This document shows positions 51,407-64,000 of a DNA stretch of 64,000 nucleotides, one piece after another. Numbering within the stretch: position 1 is the first letter of the stretch; each line of letters starts with the position of its first letter. This DNA is from Utricularia gibba (taxonomy: Eukaryota > Plantae > Magnoliophyta), in NCBI GenBank assembly GCA_002189035.1, contig NEEC01000008.1:992001-1056000 (forward strand), in the 5' to 3' direction. The translations under genes and the position numbers were made by a program. Under the pieces are notes generated by a model. The model ran no database searches. It was not told where the DNA came from and was given only the letters and a program-made list of their open reading frames with translations.

Positions 51407-52470
51407 TAAATCACGTTATGGAAAGATAAGAAGAGCACCCTTTATCCATTCATTGTCTTTTGTTTTCAAAAATGATGTCATCTCAAAGTAGATATCACAC
51501 GAGGTTGGATTACTTGCCAGAAGGCACCTTTAGTTTCAGAAGGATATCAGGCGTTGACCATGAGTAGGTACTTACTCCATTGATGGGATCTCGAGGAACC
51601 TCTCTCATGATCACAAATGGCGCCCACAGCAGCACTCTGATCATGGCCACAGCATCATCAATTCATCATCACCGGAAACACAAGGTGGGTGGGTATCAGA
51701 ACATGTAAAAAAAAAAAAATGCGAGTCCCTGGAAAAAAAGATGAAAACGAACATGAAGTGCAAGTACATCTCAATGAGATTCCCAAGTGAATCAAAGTCT
51801 CAAATCCAATCTGTTTCCTCATTGTCTATTTTCACAGCCAAAGCTGGTTTCTGTAATCTGTTTCAGTTCCTTTTTGTATCGAAAAAATCATGAAAAATAT
51901 CAGCACAGTTTCTTTACATACCGTAGCTAAAATTCCTGAGGATAAGACCCGCCAAACTAAGGAAATTGCTTTTCGCATATACCTGCAAGAAAGATGACAG
52001 AATGAGAACCCTTCTCAGCTGCTGAAGTGCAAATTCATGGCTTTTCACTGACGAACCTCATTTCTTGAATTGGAATTGTTGTGGGTGTCTTTATGTGAAC
52101 ATAAAAAGGAAAAAGAACGGTGATTGGGTGGACGAGAAGAGGATGAACGAGGCAAAGAAGCCTCGGGCATTTGGAGGTTCAAGGACCAGTTCATTCCAGT
52201 TCTCCCATGTTTTCTTCTGCAGAACGAGGTGGAGTTTTATCCAACGAATCCCTTTAACAAAGAAACTGAATCTTAGATTTCATTCAAAGATGAGGAAAGA
52301 AGATGAAATTTTTCATAACCAACTCCTGAGTTCATCAGAAACCTAAAATCGTGACAGCACAAATTTAAACATGTTGACTAAACAGAGACGCTAGCAATCC
52401 TGGAACACAACATTTGTCGAAACCTAACATTTCTAAAATTTGTAGCACATATCCATGTAACCTTGATGGA

Positions 52471-54577
52471 CTAAACTCTGGCCCTTTTGTTGCTGCACGT
52501 AGGGCATTTGTATTGCTTGATGTGTTCAGCTTTTGCGGGGGTAATCTTCACGCATTTTCCATGGAACCATCTTTCACAAACATCGCAGCATATCCAGAAT
52601 TCGTCAGTTGCATAATTGTCACCACAGGCCCCGCATAGTGTACCCCTTGTTCATCTTCATCTTCCTCGTCCTCTTCCTCACCACCACTCTCGTCCTCATC
52701 CTTTGCTGCAGACATCTTACTTGCTTTGGACTCGGCATCGAATTGCCGAGATGGCTAAGGAATAAGAGAGTCATGAAACCAAGACTCCAGGAGCAGTCAA
52801 AGAATTCCTAAACGCCCAGATACTTACCATTCTGCTATTGGATTTGCTCTTACTGCCGTTATTTGGGGCAGAACCTTGCTCTTTTTTCTGTTTGGCTGAA
52901 CCAGACACAACTTCAAACACAGTAGGTAGTTCATTAATCATTTGGAAGAGTCTCTTCCTGCAAACACAACATTCACACATTGTTAGAGACGCGTGATGTT
53001 TGTTTCATCCTACAAGATAACCAGATATATGATCAGTTCTGGTTATCATCAAGGGAATATATTTGGCCTAAGAGACATCAACGGCATAGTCTTGTGGATG
53101 CTTTTACAGAAAATACCTATCGGCTTTTCCAAATCCAAAACGAGCACCAAAGTAGAAAGCCACGGAAAGAAGCCATGAATCACTGTGAACTGCAACGAGA
53201 GACAACCAGTCTTTTACTTGCATTCCATCTCGAGCAAAATTTATTCCGAGAGCAGGCTCGGGCAGTTCAGGAGGCACTTCTTCAACAGGAAGGTTGACTT
53301 CCCATGTCTCATTTGGAAGTGCATACAGACAAAGGTTCTCCTTATCTGCAAAAAATACAAGAAGGCACTAACATGGTGAAACGAAGGAGCTAACCCAACT
53401 TTTGAGATGGAAGGCTTTGAATGCAAAGACGAGTCTCAAGGACTGGGGTATTGATTGCAAAAACGTACCAAATTTCTAGCCACCATATCAAAAGACATAC
53501 CAAGAAATACTGAATCGTATTTTCTGTTTTTACACTCTAAACAGACGCCCAAAGATAAATGCAGGGCTTTTTAAAAATCCGAACAGGAAAATCTCATAAT
53601 GCCAATCACAAGAAACGGAAAAAAAAAACCCAGAAGTAACGAGAAACATATGCTTTTGAATAAAAGTAATTGCCTGATTCTTTTCTGTATGGCATACTAT
53701 CTCCTCTTACGGTAAAGATTCAAATATTATTTTTTGTTCTTGAAAAAAAAAAAGGCATATGATAATTGGGATGTCACTCAACTGCATCAGGAAGTGACGA
53801 AACCTGGCTGAATCTTAAAAGGGAATAAACAGAACCGCAGCTGAACGAAACACACAACACGAGGAGGTGTTTGGAACACATACAAAACCAAAACACGGGG
53901 GACAAGTTAAACTGATCAAGTGCATCTGGAGGCTAAAGATGGGAAGGAAGAAGATGAGGGACTAGGAAATACAGGCCTGAAAACACTGCAAGAAACTTGC
54001 AAGTCAACGCTTGGAAGGCGTTAAGAAAAAAGAAAAAAATACTCTCAATTCGGAAGTATCGAATTTTTTTTTAAAAAAATCTTATGAATATTTGAATCAT
54101 TAGTGGTCCAGCCGCACCATGCTCTTAGAGTATCATATTTGAACTATAGGACTCATCCGAAAAACCAAAAATATGCGAAGCATGTAGAAGACCTATCCTA
54201 CAAAGGTTCTATAACCCAATAAAAGAGACAAGAGACCAACTCACCAGGATCACACTGCTTGTAGAATTTGTCTACGTCTGCAAAAAAGGGGAAAAGAATA
54301 GACTTTATCACTACAGGGAACAACTCCAAAAACAAATAAGAATCAGAAACAACTCGTTTCAAAGCATACGCGAAGTCGCCCAAATAAAATAAAATCTTGG
54401 AAATAGCAAAACACGAACCAGACAATACCGGAAACAAAACAAAACAAAGAAACCTTATCTTGAAAATCAAGGTGAAATACCAGTGGTTAAAGCTTTGATG
54501 AGACCAGCTCTACGCCCTTTGAAATCATTGAAGACTTCATCAACAGTTTTCGGCACATCGTGCGGAGTCCCCTCCAT
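52471..54577 (-). CDS. AL: ALFIN-LIKE PHD-finger protein (AL6/AL7-like) with a 1-nt frameshift just before the PHD finger as written
   Basis: PAL domain [50 protein letters not shown]; the [52 protein letters not shown] is intact but in a shifted frame from about 52643. Confidence 0.92.
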
Positions 54578-55318
54578 TAATCTTTTCGACACCAATTCCC
54601 CGTCCCCTCCCCAACCCAAATGCCTAAAACCCTTCTTCCCGCCGACACTTCAACTAGACCGAGTGACGTGGAAACTCAGATATTGAGACGAACCAGAAAC
54701 TACGGAGGGCAATGGCGAAAAAGGAGGAAAACCCAGACAAATCAGAAACCTAGAGGGAGAAGGGGCATTTGACCAAAAAACGAGGGTTTTATTTTTTTTA
54801 ATACCAATTTTTCAGGTTATTTTATTCCGACGTTATCAGCCAGATGACGTGGCGCCATATGATACGCCAGAGAAAACCTCCAGCCGCTAGTTACACCTGA
54901 TGCCTACTTGAGTTAAATAATTTTGTTATTAAATACAAATAAATTTTGTTTTAAAAGATTAAAAATTAAAAGTATTTTTTATTTCACTTTAAAAGATTGA
55001 AGACCCTTGGGTATGTCTTCCTCAATTTGCTTCTGGAGATTCCGGTCACCGGCCTCTTTGCAGTAACTCGCAGTTGAAGTAATAAGGGTGGAATCTTTGA
55101 TATCCACCTGGATGAATACCTTTCTGAAAGCAAAGGTGTAGTTTTGAAGACAGGATGACGAGTTTTTCATGCAAAGCAGAGCTCTACAGGCAGCAAGGAA
55201 CACACTTCCATATGTCCACAGTAGGTTTATCATCCCTGTCCATGAGAAATGTAGTGTGGTCTGGTTTCATGGGGTTGACAAGACTCAGTTCGGCAAGCTC
55301 TTCACCGGCTTCCGGCGG

Positions 55319-55997
55319 CTATTTTTTACCGTTTGTTGGTTGCTCATTGTTGGATTTGAATCGGGAACCCCATTTGAGGAGGAGTTGTTCGACATCGGCA
55401 TCCATTCTGGTTCCCACGCCTCCCCAGACGAGCATGTGCGCTAGGTCCCCGATCGACGATCCGCTAACTTCGTGCACTTCCCTGAACCCTAGTCTTCTGT
55501 AAAATCTCACCAGCTGCGAGGGAGAAACTCGTCGCTTTGATTCATCTCTACGGAGCGTCAACGTGCGAATTCGTGAATCGTAGTCGTACCTTGGAATGGT
55601 AGACTTCGGAATCGTTGATTGCTAGGAGCTCGGCCTTCGTGCACCCACAATCGAAGCCGTACCTAATCGCCACCGCGCCGATGAACAATCCAATCCCGAA
55701 TATGGAACGCTCCATCGTGAGTGTTTCCCTCCGCAGCTTAATCGTGTCCAGGTGCAGAATCTTCCCTTCCGACCAGTAGCGGATCATCCCCTCCGCGCGA
55801 CCGAGCTCTCCCCCCGTGGTCGAGTTTTGAGCCGTGATTCGAAAAAATGGGCCTAGTTTATGTAACTGAAGGCTGAGATTCTGCGATTTGGAGGCGGCGA
55901 TGATGTCCGGTATTGTGGGGAGCGATTCCTTCGAAACTGGACGGCCTGATTCGCGTAAACTGGTGGGCAATTTGACGGAAGACGAATTCAGAATCAT
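55319..55997 (-). CDS. Conserved uncharacterised, probably plastid-targeted protein with a possible GNAT-like fold (2 exons)
   Basis: KLGPFFRITA, LGRAEG, ILHLDTIKL, FGIGLFIGAVAIRYGFDCGC.KAELLAIND..YHSK|LVRFYRRLGF, HMLVWGGVGTRMDA; intron 55589-55514. The fold assignment is inference from the FYxRLGF ending. Confidence 0.75.
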
Positions 55998-56735
55998 GAT
56001 TCGGGGTTCCCAGGAAACTGGGGGTTGCTGATGGGTTTTGGCAGAAGCACGTACCCCATTCCCGATGCGATGAGATTTGCGCGAGCCTCCACCGCCCGAA
56101 GAAATCAGCGTGTCCAAATGTCCGCCACGACGGAGAAGAAGACCAATCACCAATTCCACATCGCGGAAATTGGCCCATCCCTCCGGCCCACTCAGCTACA
56201 GTGAGTCCTTGGCGCCCATCTATATCTTCCTCCTCCCATTCCTCCTTTGAATGGTGGACGCCGTTCCATCACTACGCCATCGTAGTCGTCTTCCCAGGAA
56301 CTCATGTGACACCCCTTGCCCGCCTTCCTCAGTGGATCAGTGAATGCGCCGCCCACTCTCATGCTGTAGATCCACATAGGGATGGATGCGTCACTCCAAC
56401 CCCCACTTCGACCCGTGATGACGGTAATTGGTCTAAGAGCTACTACCGGCGCCCGGCAGACAACTGGAGGAAAAGGACTGGTAGGTGGGGTGGGGGCAGG
56501 CGGCGGGACGGGACGATCATTTTTTTGTTTTATTTTGTAATTAATTATAGAGCTTTTGTAGGATTAAACCTATGCCGGCATTTTCTTCCATTGCTCTCCC
56601 TGTCGCCGTTGTTTTCAACGTCGTGGAACGGGACTGCATATACAGCAACTGAAGCTCGAGGCAAGGAGCGCAGAAATCGCACTAGTAGTACGGTTTCGGA
56701 GGAGGAGGAGGGTATTGTTTCGTTTCTAGAAGGAG

Positions 56736-58642
<1,907 letters not shown>

Positions 58643-58987
58643 ACGATCCATCGCTGCTGCTTTCCTTCGGCCAGGTTTGTTTGTTTCTTCGTTCTGTTTC
58701 ACTCTTCGATTTAACCTTTTAAGCCGTTTATATTTGTTATAGTTTAATATACTCTGAAAAAATGATTTAAACTTTGTTAGTATTATTTGAATTTAATTTA
58801 TTACATTATTTTATTACCACCAAGCGCACCACTGCTTTAATAAAGCGGAACTGTCACATGGGCACTAGAATGATTTGATTAATGACGGAGAGGCGAATTC
58901 GAAGACTTCTTCCGATCAAATCTCCGTTGGAGTGAGAATACGGGGCGCCTGCCGCCGTTCCTTGCGGTGGCTGTGCTACGAACGATA

Positions 58988-59791
58988 ATGACCTCCAGGC
59001 ACGTTGCTGAGGATCATCGTCATTACCCACCGCCGCCGCCGTCGTCGTCCTCCGCATCTTTCCGAGGATGCTGCTGCTGCCTATTTCTCCTGTTTTCGTT
59101 CCTTGCACTCCTCGTCCTCGCCGCGGTCCTGGTCGTGATTCTCGTTGTGAAACCTCGTAAACCTGAATTTGAGCTCCAGCAGGTAAGCGTCCAATATATG
59201 GGGATAAACCCTACCGCAGCATCCTCCGCCACCGTATCCCTGGTAATCCACATGGTCTTCGTCGCGACCAACGACAACAAGGTCGGGATCCAATACGGCG
59301 AGTCTCGATTCACGGCGATGTACCGCGGCATTCCCCTCGGCCGCGGCTCCATCGCCGGATTCTACCAGCCGGCGCACAGCGTCCGCCGCATCGAGACGAC
59401 GATTTCCGTCGATCGCGTGAATCTACTGCAGGCGGAGGCAGCGGACATGGTGAGAGACGCCTCTTTGAATGACCGGGTTGAGTTCCGGGTCCTCGGCGAT
59501 GTCGGAGCCAAGATCCGGATCCTCGGCGTGACATCCCCAGGCGTAGAGGTTAGTCGAAAAATTAATTAATTAAACCTCTCCACACCTGTTCCCTAAATTG
59601 TCGGCAACTGCTTCCCATACGTCCGCTGCTGCTTTCTTCCTTCTAGAAGGCGGGGCTCCGGTCGATCGGTTTTGTGACAATCCGGTAGTATAAAATGGAT
59701 GCAGGTCTCCGTGGATTGCTCGATCGCGATCAGTCCTACGAAGCAGGCTCTGGTAAACAAGCAATGCGGCTTCGACGGCCTCACCTTATGA
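58988..59791 (+). CDS. LEA_2 / NDR1-HIN1-like single-pass membrane protein (2 exons)
   Basis: SFRGCCCCLFLLFSFLALLVLA transmembrane segment, NDNKVGIQYG, YRGIPLG, DASLNDRVE; exon 2 VSVDCSIAISP...GFDGLTL* (59705-59791). Confidence 0.9.
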
Positions 59792-59962
59792 CATTCACCT
59801 ACGAATAGGGACGAGCCCGGCCGGTGCTTCCGTATTTGCGTGCTAGAGATAGAAATCGTCTTGTCTTCTTCAGATACATTGTTTTGCTTCAATAGCACAA
59901 GTTCAGTGCAGAGTCTGCAGGTCACCCTTGTTTGGAAAAGCAATGGAGAAAGCATTCCATTC

Positions 59963-62413
59963 TCAAGAACTGTGAAGGGAACTCATGATCGCTTTCCTCA
60001 GCTGCTGTGCTTCGGCAAGAACTGATTCCCTGTCGAAAACGGCGGAAACCACAGCAACTCCCTCAAGATTCGGGGCACCTAGCTGCATAACATCAGATGC
60101 GTTCGAAAGGCCGATGCCCCCGATCGCCACAACGGGTAACTTGGAAGTGAGGCATACTTGTCTAAGGCCATCCAATCCAATGGTTGTGTTGTTCTCTTTG
60201 GTGTTGGTTGGATAGACACCGCCGCAGCCGATGTAATCAGCACCATCGAGCCATGCTTTATGAGCTTGATCCGGAGTTTTGCACGAGACACCGATGATCT
60301 TATCAGGGCCAAGGAGTGCTCTAACAACATGAGCCGGCATATCAGACTGGCCAACATGTACTCCATCAGCATCACAAGCTATGGCAATGTCGATGCGATC
60401 ATTAATCAGGAGAGGAACATCGTGTCGACGGCATACTTCCAGGCATGTTCTTGCTGCTTCGAGAAAATCCTTTGTGTCCGCATCTTTCTCTCTGTATGAC
60501 ACAGGCATTCATCAACACCCTTTTATGAAGAATAATACATGGTGATACCAAATGAAAGCCGCGGATTTCACAGAAACCTGAGCTGAACAATAGTTGCACC
60601 TCCAGTGATGGCAGATTCCACAGCATCACCAATGCAGCGACCCCACTTTTTGTTTATCCTTGAGTCTGTGACAACGTAAAAGAGAAGATCGCTCGGACGG
60701 AAGAAGCGGCCAGGATGTGATTGCTTAAGCTTCATCAGATGGTCGAAGGGGCCTTGATTTCCTCCTCCGATATGAATGTCGCTGCTATAATCCAGGGCGG
60801 TTCGGATGTAGCGCTTGGCTATCTGGGAAGACATCAGCTGTTAGAGTTGCTAAAATCTAAGTTTCTAAATCAGCAAGCATCAAGGAGTACACCCCATACC
60901 GTGACTGCAGACAACACTGAGGAGCCTTTCGCCAGTTCAGCAGCTATTAAGGATGCTAAGCTGCATCCAGTTCCATGAGTGTTCTGAGTTTGCACTCGAG
61001 ATGACCTGAACTCGTAGAAATCCTTACCTAGTGCACCAATTCCTCTGCTTAAACAAAGCACTTTTGATTTGTAACCATTCTGTAAGGTTCACTTCTTACC
61101 ATCAAAAAGAACATCCACTGCATCTGCAACCTCCGGAAGATCTCCACCTTTAACAAGAACATTTCTGAAAGGCACAAAATCAAATAGCATCATTTGCACA
61201 CATTCCAAATGCACCTAAAGCACTACAAACAGCCACTACTATGGTCTACCCAGTCGACTGAATGAACTTTGATCCATAGCATCCAGTATTACCAGAATCT
61301 GCTAAGAGCTAGAAGACACAATTCATAGGCAGTGAAACTATTACCGGGAGCCCATTTGATGGATAGATTTTGCCGCATCACGCATCTCACTGACTGTTTC
61401 AATGGGAGCCTCACCGAGCAGAAGAGAGGCTTCTTTCAAGTTTGGTGTCACTATGTCAGCCAAAGGAAGAAGCCTTTCCCTGAGTTTGATATCAGAAAAA
61501 AAAAAAAAAAAAAAAAAAAAAACAGGAAGAGTCACTTATTAATTCTCATAAACTGCTTCCATCGTACATCTGAGTAATAGCACTGGCAGATCAATACTTT
61601 CCATATGCCATTCCCAGAATGTTATTGACAATAGTACCGCGCAAAGTAAATTAATACATATGAAGCACATACCTAAAACTACTGAGGATCTCGGAACCAG
61701 CTAATACATGACCACTGGTGGACACCATTACGGGATCAACAACCAAAGCTGCCTTCTCAGGATTGCAATCATCAACGAAGGGAATGCAGTGTGATGCTCA
61801 AGAAGACAACAGATGAAAAAGACAACACAGGTACCTTGAGGTTGGTACTCTCTAATGTTTTCACATAGGACCTGGACTATGCCAGGAGAAGGAAGCATAC
61901 CCGTTTTCACCTGATAAAATAACAGAAACCACTATCATTACCTTTCATTCACAATGATGGCCCTTATCGGTAAAAATCGACAGTTTGGAAATTTAAACTC
62001 ACAACATCAGGCTGCATATCAGAAAGCACCGACTTCAACTGGTCATCCACGAAAGCATCTGAGACAACACTCACCCCCTACGAAGCCATCACCACATATC
62101 CCAGTTTAACACATTCTCCTCGAATGAAAAACAAATCGTTTTTAATCTTCTGTAGCAAACAACGACAGGGCACCTGAACGCCAAGAGTATTCTGAGCAGT
62201 AACGGCGGTAATAACAGTGGAACAATATACTCCACGGGCAGCGCATGCCTTAAGGTCAGCCTGAATTCCGGCGCCGGCGCCTGAATCCGATCCGGCCACG
62301 GTTAGAACGTGAGGGACGCGTACTCTGCGCATCACATCTGATGAAATACGCTCAGTTTTCTGCATATCTCCTAGGCTAAGAATCCTCGCAGTGTAAATCC
62401 CAGTTTCCGCCAT
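59963..62413 (-). CDS. TH1: Bifunctional thiamine biosynthesis enzyme (HMP-P kinase / thiamine-phosphate synthase)
   Basis: [89 protein letters not shown]; junctions traced in frame. Confidence 0.97.
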
Positions 62414-62707
62414 CGCCAAACGATACTCGCCAGGGAGGAAGAAGAAGATTCACTTCGCTGTCTGTCAGCGTCAGCTGAGTCGGCTCATTAGCCTTGAAAC
62501 ACTGTAGCTAACTGCAGTTGTTAATGGGCCTACTTTTGGAGGTATAATGGGCTTGAGCGTACCTTTTAAAGGCATGATGGGCCTGTAAGTGGGAGTTGAA
62601 ATTCGAACTGAAGGAGAGGGAAGAAGCATAACTTTCGAGGGAAATCTCAAATCAATCGATCGCCAGAAGAGAAAACGTTTTGCGCTCGTGTTTGATTCTC
62701 GTAGAAC
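62414..62707. promoter_or_regulatory. Compact (about 295 bp ATG to ATG) divergent promoter region shared by TH1 and MND1
   Basis: Head-to-head starts; three site-II motifs TGGGCY at about 62525, 62549 and 62578. Confidence 0.6.
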
Positions 62708-64000
62708 ATGGAGAAGAAAAAGGAGGTGAGTAAGATCCAGGTTTTAGAACATGTTTACGTCTCATTCTCAGCCGGTGAATGAAATGTGTTTGCTACACTC
62801 GGTTTACTCTCATGCTCTAGGCTTTGCAGTTCGGCTGAAAATGTGCTTAGTAAGTTCTGAAAATTGGTTTCCGGAACTTAGATGTTTCATTGAGATGTCT
62901 GTTACAGATTTTATCTAGAATTCGATGTTTGAAGTTCTGTTGTTTTTTCATCGTACCTCGGATTTCCTCAGTCCAGTGTTTTTGTCTTATTGACAGTCTA
63001 AGAAGAGAGGTCTCAGTTTGGATGAAAAGCGTGAGAAGATGCTTCAAATATTCTACGATACTCAGGATTTCTTCCTTGTAAGCATGTTGGGTTTGTTGGT
63101 GAAGGTTTTTATTCTGGGGAACAACTTGTTGTTCGTTAAGTTGCCATTGAAAAAAAAAACTTGTTGTTCGTTGAGATACACTACCGAGATATGATTATGT
63201 GTTTCACTTGCCATTGAAACTGTTTCTTTTTTTTTTTTTTCTTTTCTTTTAGCTAAAGGAGCTTGAGAAGTCAGGTCCTAAGAAAGGGGTAATAAGCCAG
63301 TCTGTAAAAGATGTAATCCAGAGTTTGGTTGATGATGACCTTGTTTCCAAAGACAAAATCGGAACGTCGGTGAGTTATGCCTAAGTAATGTTTTCCCTTG
63401 CTTAGAGAGACTGTTTTGTACACAGCTTTGCACACTTCATTAAACTTTGAAATTTCAGGTTTACTTTTGGAGCCTCCCCAGTTGTGCTGGTAACCAGGTG
63501 AGTTGGTGGTTTATGTCATATACAGGAAAAGGAATGGAACATAATTGCATATTTCGTTCTTCAGCTGAGAAACATACACAGGAAGCTAAGCTCTGATATC
63601 GAAAGTAGTAAAAGGCGATATACTGAACTTGTAGATCAGTGCAATGCTCTTAAGAAGGGCCGGGAGGAATCTGTAAGCAAGTTGTGGTCGAAACTCTTAC
63701 CATGATCTAACTGCAGTTTTTCTAATGTTTGTAGTGTTTTTCATTAGGAGGAACGAGATGCAGCCCTTGATGAGCTTAAAACTATCGAGGAAAAATATAA
63801 GAAGCTGAAGGTATAGTGCCACAAATCTTCATGAGATTGCCATTTTTTCATATTCATTGCCAAAGTACATTTTTCAGGCCGAACTCACTCAATACGCGGA
63901 CAACGATCCAGCTACCGTTGATGCAATGAGTTAAACGCCCCTCATCCTCACATTGACTTGCGATATCTAAGTTTCAGAGCTTAGTACTTTTCTATAACCA
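62708..64000 (+). CDS. MND1: Meiotic nuclear division protein 1, 5' part (3'-truncated by the window; last visible exon ends at 63929)
   Basis: SKKRGLSLDEKREKMLQIFYDTQDFFL|LKELEK.GPKKGVISQSVKDVIQSLVDDDLVSKDKIGTS|VYFWSLPSCAGNQ, YADNDPATVDAM. First exon ATGGAGAAGAAAAAGGAG|GTGAGT is tentative. Confidence 0.93.

Noticed and set aside
54979-55233. 84-aa minus-strand ORF downstream of the GNAT-like gene
   Set aside because: No recognisable similarity, and the plausible splice into it does not give that frame; probably 3' UTR.
61497-61522. Long poly(A) tracts here and at several other sites as possible retrocopy tails
   Set aside because: They are intronic or UTR homopolymers with no adjacent SINE/LINE body or TSD.
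59963-62413. TPP riboswitch associated with the thiamine gene
   Set aside because: In plants the TPP riboswitch lies in the THIC 3' UTR, not TH1, and no aptamer core was recognised.

Overview
Gene-dense plant nuclear DNA with short introns, probably a compact-genome eudicot. The window holds 23 recognisable protein-coding genes, two of them cut by the window edges: BRIZ/BRAP2-like (3' part), a small membrane protein, FATA, MBS1-like, BZW/5MP, COPB, AS2/LBD6, FAS1, 2-alkenal reductase, apyrase, cytosolic pyruvate kinase, patatin, APRL, RIC4-like, GDT1/BICAT3-like, ZFN1-like CCCH, CAR C2-domain, ALFIN-LIKE PHD, a GNAT-like unknown, alpha-tubulin, LEA_2/NHL, TH1 and MND1 (5' part). All family calls are motif recognition from memory; no search was run. 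Main non-obvious observations: (1) a Pack-MULE-like unit at 7492-8168 whose 75-bp inverted repeats bracket a decayed IRX15/DUF579 coding fragment; (2) a decayed sulfate-transporter STAS remnant with intact splice sites at about 1617-2330; (3) single-base frameshifts in G/C runs of two otherwise intact genes (ZFN1-like, ALFIN-LIKE), either null alleles or assembly errors; (4) an alpha-tubulin lacking the C-terminal Tyr; (5) GC-rich non-coding islands on both sides of AS2 carrying LBD-type and HD-ZIP-type motifs; (6) two GC-AG introns, a Tourist MITE, a foldback element and a miR166-like site lacking the positions 10-11 pairing. No rRNA, tRNA or CRISPR array was recognised.
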